The notes below the pieces were generated by a model. The model made no database searches. It saw only the letters and a list, made by a program, of their open reading frames with translations, and had not been told where the DNA came from. A stretch of 64,000 bases of DNA, taken from the NCBI GenBank assembly GCA_046347985.1, contig JAXMFE010000002.1, forward strand, positions 384,009-448,008. Reading direction: 5' to 3'. The position numbers were made by a program, and so were the translations under genes. Below, one piece after another: positions 57,625 to 64,000 of the stretch (positions are counted from its first letter, which is position 1; each line of letters begins with the position of its first letter). This stretch comes from Burkholderiales bacterium (lineage in GTDB: Bacteria; Pseudomonadota; Gammaproteobacteria; Burkholderiales; Ga0077523).

Positions 57625-58818
57625 ATGATCATCCCGTCCCTTCTCGACACCGACCTCTACAAGTTCTCGATGATGCAGGTGGTCCTGCACCAGTTTCCCG
57701 GTGCGCAGGTCGAGTACCGCTTCAAGTGCCGCAGCCGCAACGTCGACCTGTCGCCGCACCTCGACGAGGTCCGGGCCGAAGTCGCGCACCTGTGCAGCCT
57801 GCGGTTCTCGCGGGACGAACTCGAGTACCTGCGCACGCTGCGGTTCCTGAAGAGCGACTACATCGACCTGCTGCGGCTGTTCCAGCTGGACGAGAGCTTC
57901 ATCCGGATCGAACGCGCGCCCGAGGCGCAGGGCGGCATCGACATCACGATCCGCGGACCGTGGCTGCACACGATCCTGTTCGAAGTCCCGGTCCTGGCGA
58001 TCGTCAGCGAGGTGTGGTTCCGCAATGCGCATCCGGATTTCGCGATGGCCGAGGGACAGCGCCGCCTGTCCGAGAAGATCGCCCGGGTGAAGTCCTATCC
58101 CGACGACGAATTCAAGATCTCCGACTTCGGCACCCGCCGACGCTTCTCGCACGGGTGGCAGCGGCACGTGATCGAGACCCTGCAACGCGAACTCGGCTCC
58201 CGCATGACGGGGACGAGCAATGTCTACTTCGCACGGCAGCACGGGATGATTCCGCTGGGCACCATGGCCCACGAGTATCTGCAGGCGTGCCAGGCCGTCG
58301 GCCCCCGCTTGCGTGATTCCCAGCGCTTCGCGTTCGACAAGTGGGCGGAGGAATACCGCGGCGATCTCGGCATCGCCCTCACGGACGTCTGCGGCATGGA
58401 CGCCTTCCTGCGCGACTTCGACCTGTTCTTCTGCAAGCTGTTCGACGGCGTCCGCCACGATTCCGGCGACCCCTTCGAATGGGGCGAGAAGATGATCGCC
58501 CACTACCAGCGCATGCGGGTGGACCCGATGCACAAGACGTTCGTCTTCAGCGACAGCCTGAACGTGCCGCTCTGCATCGAGCTGTACGAGCGCTTCGGCC
58601 GGCGCTGCATCACGCGCTTCGGGCTGGGTACCAACCTCACGAACGATCTCGGCGTCGAGGCGCTGCAGATCGTCATCAAGATGACCCGCTGCAACGGTCA
58701 GCCGGTGGCGAAGATCAGCGACACCCCGGAGAAGACCATGGACTACGACCCGTCGTACGTGGCCTATCTGCGCGAGGTCTTCAACGTCCCGGCCGTCACG
58801 CCGGAACCCGCCGATTGA
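57625..58818 (+). CDS. pncB: nicotinate phosphoribosyltransferase
   Basis: Trimmed to [18 protein letters not shown]. Motifs FGTRRR, GTMAHE and RHDSGDP. Confidence 0.92.
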   Translation: MIIPSLLDTDLYKFSMMQVVLHQFPGAQVEYRFKCRSRNVDLSPHLDEVRAEVAHLCSLRFSRDELEYLRTLRFLKSDYIDLLRLFQLDESFIRIERAPEAQGGIDITIRGPWLHTILFEVPVLAIVSEVWFRNAHPDFAMAEGQRRLSEKIARVKSYPDDEFKISDFGTRRRFSHGWQRHVIETLQRELGSRMTGTSNVYFARQHGMIPLGTMAHEYLQACQAVGPRLRDSQRFAFDKWAEEYRGDLGIALTDVCGMDAFLRDFDLFFCKLFDGVRHDSGDPFEWGEKMIAHYQRMRVDPMHKTFVFSDSLNVPLCIELYERFGRRCITRFGLGTNLTNDLGVEALQIVIKMTRCNGQPVAKISDTPEKTMDYDPSYVAYLREVFNVPAVTPEPAD

Positions 58819-58865
58819 CCGTCCGGCTCTCGCCGCGGGCGATCCGCGCCGCCCTCGCGAGGGCG

Positions 58866-59336
58866 ATGCTCGCGATCGCGATCCTCGGCGGCATCGGACC
58901 GGTCCACGCCCGCACGCTGGACGCCCGGGTGATCCGCGTGGTGGACGGCGACACGCTCGTCGTGCAGTCGGGCCGCGAGGCGCTCACGATCCGCATGCTC
59001 TACATCGACGCCCCGGAGCACGATCAGCCTTACGGGCGCGAGGCGAGGCGCAGCCTCGAACAGCTGGTGCGCCTCGACCGCGTCCGCGTGGACACCAAAG
59101 GTCGCGACAAGTACGGGCGAACGCTGGCGCGCGTGATCCGTGCGGCGGACGGGCTGGACGTCAATCTCGCCCAGGTGGAGCGGGGCCTTGCGTGGTGCTA
59201 CTCGCGCAGCGATGCGCGGGCAGACATCGAAGCGGCCGAGGGCGGTGCGCGGCGGGCCCGCCGCGGACTCTGGGCCGATGCCCGACCGATATCACCGCGC
59301 ACCTGGCGGCGCACTCACGGGCCTTCGCGCCCGTGA
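58866..59336 (+). CDS. secreted thermonuclease (SNase-like)
   Basis: Motifs VVDGDTLVV, IDAPE and DKYGRTLA. An alternative TTG start at 58815 overlaps the pncB stop and would give a longer, better signal peptide. Confidence 0.8.
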   Translation: MLAIAILGGIGPVHARTLDARVIRVVDGDTLVVQSGREALTIRMLYIDAPEHDQPYGREARRSLEQLVRLDRVRVDTKGRDKYGRTLARVIRAADGLDVNLAQVERGLAWCYSRSDARADIEAAEGGARRARRGLWADARPISPRTWRRTHGPSRP

Positions 59337-59355
59337 GGCCGGCACGGGCGCGACG

Positions 59356-59766
59356 TCACACCGGCATGTCGCAGGCCTTGTCGATCCACTGACGCTCGAC
59401 GGACGCGCCGTCGGGATGCACGAAGTCCCAGCCGCCCGGGGGCACCCCGAAACTCTTGACGATGCGGCGGCTCGTGTCGAACACGGCCACGCCCGAGACC
59501 GCGATCTCCTTGGTCTCGCAGCGGGCCAGGTAGCGGACGATGCGCAGCGGCGCCTCCGTCTCCGGACGTTCGTCGGGCGTCCGCCATCCCACCTTCACGT
59601 CGAAGCGGATCCAGTCGCCGGACCGGGAGACGCTGTCGCGCTCGAATCGGGTCTCGTGCTGCGCGGTGATGTGCGACGCGGCCTCGATGTTGTCGTAGTA
59701 CTGCATCTCGGCAAGGGCGGGCAGCGCCAGGATCAGGCCGCTCGGGACGAATGCAAGGACTTTCAT
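59356..59766 (-). CDS. small secreted hypothetical protein
   Basis: Internal ATG at 59766 (MKVLAFVPSGLILALPALA...). 136 aa. I recognised no family. Confidence 0.5.
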   Translation of the reverse strand: MKVLAFVPSGLILALPALAEMQYYDNIEAASHITAQHETRFERDSVSRSGDWIRFDVKVGWRTPDERPETEAPLRIVRYLARCETKEIAVSGVAVFDTSRRIVKSFGVPPGGWDFVHPDGASVERQWIDKACDMPV

Positions 59767-59827
59767 GCGTTGGCTCCGGGTTGAAGGGACGTCGGTGCGC
59801 CGGCCCCCTCCCTGCCCGAGCTGCGAT

Positions 59828-60502
59828 TCACCCGCGCGGATCGTGACGGCGGCCGTGCCGCGATATCTCCATGCGCTCCGACCCGGATGCGCGCGGAGGG
59901 TTCCCGTCGGCACACCCGTCGAGACCGAGGGCCGCGCGCACGATGTCGTCGGGCGGCACTCGGAGGGCAAGGAGCGACTGGGTGAAGGCCGCCGCGCCGA
60001 TCTCCGCGAGACTCGGCAGGCCGGTGGTCCAATTCAGCGGACCGATCGACAGGAGCCGGACCGGCCAGCGCCGGGCGATCGGCACCGACTCGCCGCTCAC
60101 ATCGAAATGGTGAAACAGCTCGTGCGCAATGAACATCTGTCCGGCCGATACCGTGCCCACCCGGTGCCGGGCATCCGGCGTGGCGAGCCATGCCGCCACC
60201 GTCGCGATGGCTCCGCGATACAGAACGATGCGAGCGGGTCGCGTCCCGTACTCCGCAAAGACCCGCACGGACCCGTAGTCGGCCGAGTCGTCGTCGTTGA
60301 TCACCGGGACGCCGCAGGCGGCCGCGATCCTCTCCGGATCTTCCCCCCAGCGGGCGCGCACCCGATCCGCCATCGCGATGCCGGCAGCCAGTGCCCGTCT
60401 CGCTCGCGAGGCTCGTTGCGACGCGGTCAACCGGCCGGCCGACGCATCGCCGTCGAGGGACCGCCGGGCCGCGCGGAGCGCCTCACCGCCCGGAGCCGTC
60501 AC
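59828..60502 (-). CDS. hypothetical HExxH-motif protein (possible ImmA/IrrE-like metallopeptidase fold)
   Basis: A GTG at 60502 overlaps the hydantoinase-like stop (GTGA). An alternative ATG is at 60373. It contains QMFIAHELFHHFD. The rest of the track ORF upstream is Arg-rich and spurious. Confidence 0.45.
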   Translation of the reverse strand: MTAPGGEALRAARRSLDGDASAGRLTASQRASRARRALAAGIAMADRVRARWGEDPERIAAACGVPVINDDDSADYGSVRVFAEYGTRPARIVLYRGAIATVAAWLATPDARHRVGTVSAGQMFIAHELFHHFDVSGESVPIARRWPVRLLSIGPLNWTTGLPSLAEIGAAAFTQSLLALRVPPDDIVRAALGLDGCADGNPPRASGSERMEISRHGRRHDPRG

Positions 60503-62676
60503 AGCCCGCGCGCTCCCTGAACGCCGACCAGCGCCACCGGCGCCGTGTCGGGCACCCCCTCGAGTTCCGTCCGGGCAATCGCGAGTGCCTGATCGAGCGC
60601 CCCGACGCCCGACAGATCCACCACCCGCCGTCCCACGATCAGATAGACGTCCGGGGTGATCACGCTGTCGCCGTTGTACAGCGTCACCTGCTCCCACATC
60701 CGCCGCAGTTCGGCCGCGGCCGCCTGTGCGACGCCCGACGCCACGACGGCATCGCCGCGCTGGATGCGGATCACGCCTTCGCGATCGACGGCGCGCACGG
60801 GATGCCGACGCTTGCGGAACAGGCGCCACTTGCGCTCCTCCACCTCACCCTGGAAGACGCGCACGAGATCGGTCTCGGCGACCAGCGTCACCGCTCTCGC
60901 GTCGGGTCCCATCGATGCCGCGGCAATGGCCTGCGCCTCCGCGGCCGAGACGGCGGCACGGCGATCCTGCGCGCGCATCTCGGAAGCCCCGATGCCCGTG
61001 GCCCGCACCCGCTGCGTCTGGGGATCGACCTCGACGACGACCTCCACCTGTTCCGGGGCGGCACCGAGTCTGACCACGGCGTCGAACGCTTCCCGCTTGA
61101 TCCGCTGCAGATCCTCCGGTGTCGCATTGGGGATGACCCGTTCGATCGTTTCGCGGACGAGCGCGAGCGCCACCCCGATCGAGGAGATCACTTCCGCGTC
61201 CGGCGAGATCTGGAAACCGAGTCCCATGCGGCGCGCGACGAAAGGAATCAGCGCCCCGGCGCCTCCCCCCTCGCCCACCAGTTGCGCCTGATCGCGATCG
61301 AGCCCGTACTCCGAAACGAGCGCCTCCACCACCGGAATGACCTTGGCCGCGGCCTTTTCCAGCACCTGTTCCGCCGCCGACTCGACGGAGACCCCCAGAC
61401 ACTCGGCCAGGGGCGTGAACGCCCGCCGCGCCGCCTCGGGATTGCCGAAGGCGTGCATGCCGGGCAGTGCGAGCCCGAGAACGTTGGCGGCGCACGTATT
61501 CGTCAGCGCAAGGCGGGCGCCGCTTGCCACGCGGATCGCCACATAGTCGTCGGGATCGCCCTCGCGCGGACGGAAGGTCTCGAGCACCGGCGACACGATC
61601 TCGTCGGGATCGGCAAACGCGGCGTAGGGCAGCCCGGCGATGTGGGCACTCCTCGGGCCGACATCGGAGAGCTTGCCGCCGCTGACGCGGACCATGCTGC
61701 CACCGGCGATACCGATGACACGGACGTCCAGCGAGTTCACGTAGGTGTCGTGCCCGCCGACCCGCGCGTGCTTCACCGTGGGCAGGCCATTGCGGATCAC
61801 GCCGATGTTGGTGCTCGTCCCCCCGACTTCGAAATAGAGGCCGTCCGACACGCGCAGATGCATGAGGGCACCGGCCACGCTCGCCGCCGGGCCCGAGAGC
61901 ATGGTGACGACGGGACGCCGGCGCATCTCCTGCACGTCCATCACGCCGCCATCGCCTCGCATGATCATCAGCGGCGCGGCAATGCCGGCCTCGCGGACGG
62001 CGGCCTCCGTCATGTCGGCGGTGCCGATCATCTTGGGCAGGATGCTCGCGTTGATGACCGCCGTGCGCGTGCGCGTGGTCAGCCCGTAGAGCTTCGTGAT
62101 CTCGTGACCGCCGCAGGCGGCCAGGCCGAGTGCCGCCGCGGTGCGCATCACGAGTTCCTCGCCGCTCTGATCGTCGACGCCGAACGCGCTCGTCGCCACG
62201 ACGACCTGCACCCCTTCGTCACGCATCTGCAACAGGGCGGCCTGTACGGTGGTCTCGCCGAGTTCCTCGGTGGTCACGAAGCGGTGCGCGGGTCGCAGAT
62301 GCCGTCCCGGGGCAAGTTCGATCTCGCGCACGTGGCTCTGGCCCTTCGCCAGCAGCGACTCGACCCGGCTTGCCATGCCGAGGATGCCGACGGGCGCGAC
62401 GTCTCCTTCGAGCAATGCATTGGTGGCCTGCGTCGTGCTGTGCGCGATGAAGACGACGTCCGTCGGCGCGACGCTCGAACGTTCGAGCACCTGGCGGAAC
62501 ACTTCGATGACACCCGCCGCGACGCCCCGGGCATCGGCATGTGTCGTCTTCACGGAGTAGCGGCCGATCACGCTGAAGTCCCCATTGTCGATCAGCACCG
62601 CCTTCGTGAACGTCCCCCCCACATCGATGCCGATGCGGTAGGTGCGGCGCCCGCCGCCGTCAGCCGAAGAAGGCAT
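60499..62676 (-). CDS. hydantoinase/oxoprolinase-family (ASKHA ATPase) protein with a ~170-aa C-terminal extension
   Basis: Motifs YRIGIDVGGTFTKAV, HSTTQATNALLEG, GPAASVAGA and EVGGTSTN. 725 aa. Confidence 0.85.
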   Translation of the reverse strand: MPSSADGGGRRTYRIGIDVGGTFTKAVLIDNGDFSVIGRYSVKTTHADARGVAAGVIEVFRQVLERSSVAPTDVVFIAHSTTQATNALLEGDVAPVGILGMASRVESLLAKGQSHVREIELAPGRHLRPAHRFVTTEELGETTVQAALLQMRDEGVQVVVATSAFGVDDQSGEELVMRTAAALGLAACGGHEITKLYGLTTRTRTAVINASILPKMIGTADMTEAAVREAGIAAPLMIMRGDGGVMDVQEMRRRPVVTMLSGPAASVAGALMHLRVSDGLYFEVGGTSTNIGVIRNGLPTVKHARVGGHDTYVNSLDVRVIGIAGGSMVRVSGGKLSDVGPRSAHIAGLPYAAFADPDEIVSPVLETFRPREGDPDDYVAIRVASGARLALTNTCAANVLGLALPGMHAFGNPEAARRAFTPLAECLGVSVESAAEQVLEKAAAKVIPVVEALVSEYGLDRDQAQLVGEGGGAGALIPFVARRMGLGFQISPDAEVISSIGVALALVRETIERVIPNATPEDLQRIKREAFDAVVRLGAAPEQVEVVVEVDPQTQRVRATGIGASEMRAQDRRAAVSAAEAQAIAAASMGPDARAVTLVAETDLVRVFQGEVEERKWRLFRKRRHPVRAVDREGVIRIQRGDAVVASGVAQAAAAELRRMWEQVTLYNGDSVITPDVYLIVGRRVVDLSGVGALDQALAIARTELEGVPDTAPVALVGVQGARGL

Positions 62677-63937
62677 AGCAGAGCCCCGAGGTGATGGCCA
62701 CCATCAGGCAGCCGAAGGGCATGGCCGTCTTCAGGAACTGTCCGTGCGGCACCTTCGTGTAGCCGATGGTCCACAGCGTCCACGAATTGGTGGGATCGCA
62801 ACTGCCCTGCATCACCGTCGGCCCCAGCCACAGGGCGTAGAGATAGGGCACCGGGATCTCGTTGTTCGTGAGCAGGATCGCCAGCAGCGCGGCCCCCGTG
62901 CCGATCACGACGAGCGGCCCCCGATAGATGCTCCCGAGGCCGCCGAGAATGCCGAAGAACAATGCCGCCTGCCCGGTCGTGTGCGGCAGGATGGGCGAGA
63001 AGATGGGCTTCAGCGCTGCGGAGATCTGCGGCATCTGCCCCGCCGCGATGATCATCCCGCAGATGGTCCACAACGCCGCGATGGTGGCGATGTCGGGGAA
63101 GGCATCGAAGAAGGTCTTGTTGAACAGGTTGAGGTGCCCTTGCAGCGTCCGGTCCTTCCACGTGAGCGCGAGCGCGACGACGATCGACAGGAGGAAGGTC
63201 GGGATGATCTGCCACTTGAAGATCATGATCATCGCCACCGGGAACACGGGCACGATGTACGTGTAGTAGGGCGTGCGCTTGCGCGGCGCGGGCGCCGTGT
63301 CGACCGAGGCGGCGTGCCGCACGCCGAGCCGGCGCAGGTGGATGAAGATCATGAGCCACGCACAGGCGATGTAGACGGCCATGCCGATCCACCAGTAGCC
63401 GAGCCACGGCGCCTCGTACTTGATGCCGGGGAACAGCTTCTCGAAGGTGCCGAACTGCACGAGGTTCACGAAGGCGCCCGCCCCGACCCCCATCGTGAAC
63501 ACCGGGGCCGCGACGCGAGCCGGGATTCCCTGGCTCAGCATGATGGGCAGCGCGATGACGCCGATCGCGATCGCCGCGCCGACGCCGTACATCGACGTGA
63601 ACAACAGCGCGGTCACGAGATTGACCGTCATCGCGGTGACCATCGGACGATCTCCCGCGAGTTCCACGGCGGAGCGGATCACGCTTTCCGCGATGCCCGT
63701 CTGTATCAGGATCTGCGCGAACCACGCGCCGAACACGATGATGATGACGGCGCTGGCGTATTGTACGCCGCCGCCCTGCAGGATCTTCGCCTGGATGTCG
63801 TTGACGCCGATGCCCGCGAGCAGGGCCCAGACGATGGCGAGCAGCAACAGCATGATGATCGGACTCTGGCCCCGCACGATCAGGGCCACCACGATCAGGA
63901 AAGCGACGAGCAGCGCGACGCCGGTGAAGACTTCCAT
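62660..63937 (-). CDS. polytopic permease (ion-transporter-superfamily, GntP/CitMHS-like)
   Basis: 425 aa, hydrophobic throughout, with a GGGAGGA SD. Its stop overlaps the hydantoinase-like start by 17 nt. Confidence 0.7.
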   Translation of the reverse strand: MEVFTGVALLVAFLIVVALIVRGQSPIIMLLLLAIVWALLAGIGVNDIQAKILQGGGVQYASAVIIIVFGAWFAQILIQTGIAESVIRSAVELAGDRPMVTAMTVNLVTALLFTSMYGVGAAIAIGVIALPIMLSQGIPARVAAPVFTMGVGAGAFVNLVQFGTFEKLFPGIKYEAPWLGYWWIGMAVYIACAWLMIFIHLRRLGVRHAASVDTAPAPRKRTPYYTYIVPVFPVAMIMIFKWQIIPTFLLSIVVALALTWKDRTLQGHLNLFNKTFFDAFPDIATIAALWTICGMIIAAGQMPQISAALKPIFSPILPHTTGQAALFFGILGGLGSIYRGPLVVIGTGAALLAILLTNNEIPVPYLYALWLGPTVMQGSCDPTNSWTLWTIGYTKVPHGQFLKTAMPFGCLMVAITSGLCYAFFG

Positions 63938-64000
63938 CGATTCCTCCCAGGGATCGGTCGCCCCCTCGGCGCCGGAGTTTCCCGGCGATCGGACGCCGGT

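Noticed and set aside
60391-62694. 767-aa plus-strand ORF
   Set aside because: It is antisense to the hydantoinase-like gene, and its translation is Arg/His/Asp-rich and non-protein-like.
1-64000. Scan for tRNA, rRNA, CRISPR repeats, IS elements or transposases, integrases, toxin-antitoxin pairs and known defence genes
   Set aside because: I recognised none by eye in either coding or intergenic sequence. No systematic tool (tRNAscan, CRISPR finder, ISfinder) could be run, so small elements may have been missed.

Overview
This is a GC-rich bacterial chromosomal segment, roughly two-thirds G+C by eye (not computed). The gene content suggests a beta- or gammaproteobacterium. It is densely packed with about 58 protein-coding genes. 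I found no rRNA, tRNA, CRISPR array, transposase, integrase or prophage genes. Because stop codons are rare at this GC content, the six-frame track contains many long spurious or antisense ORFs. I chose genes by recognisable protein families, start-codon and Shine-Dalgarno context, and signal peptides, and I trimmed several track ORFs to internal starts.

Content:
- Central metabolism: ppc, glutamate dehydrogenase, class II FBA, ltaE, pncB and a glycerol-kinase-like gene.
- A divergent catabolic cluster: RraA-like protein, alpha/beta hydrolase, enolase-superfamily enzyme and a DUF169 protein.
- Envelope genes: DegP-like protease, OmpA-family lipoprotein, OmpW, an S11 carboxypeptidase and a TPR membrane protein.
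- A MarR-EmrA-EmrB efflux operon.
- The PrkA/YeaG-YeaH-SpoVR stress operon, which has a 660-nt leader.
- Two PEP-CTERM sorting-signal proteins.

Most interesting loci:
1. A co-directional array in which a GlrK/QseE-like kinase, a lipoprotein and a sigma54-dependent regulator are followed by two tandem PA2779-like membrane-anchored small proteins and a PA2778-like C39-type lipoprotein peptidase. The expected catalytic His of that peptidase is not visible.
2. A DUF3467 gene followed by an orphan GAF-like/HlyD-adaptor fusion, with a perfect terminator-like hairpin inside the annotated 5' end of the fusion ORF.
3. A DUF1800-DUF1501(Tat)-PEP-CTERM trio.
4. A permease, hydantoinase-like protein and HExxH protein operon.

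All family calls come from motif recognition by eye. No database search was run.
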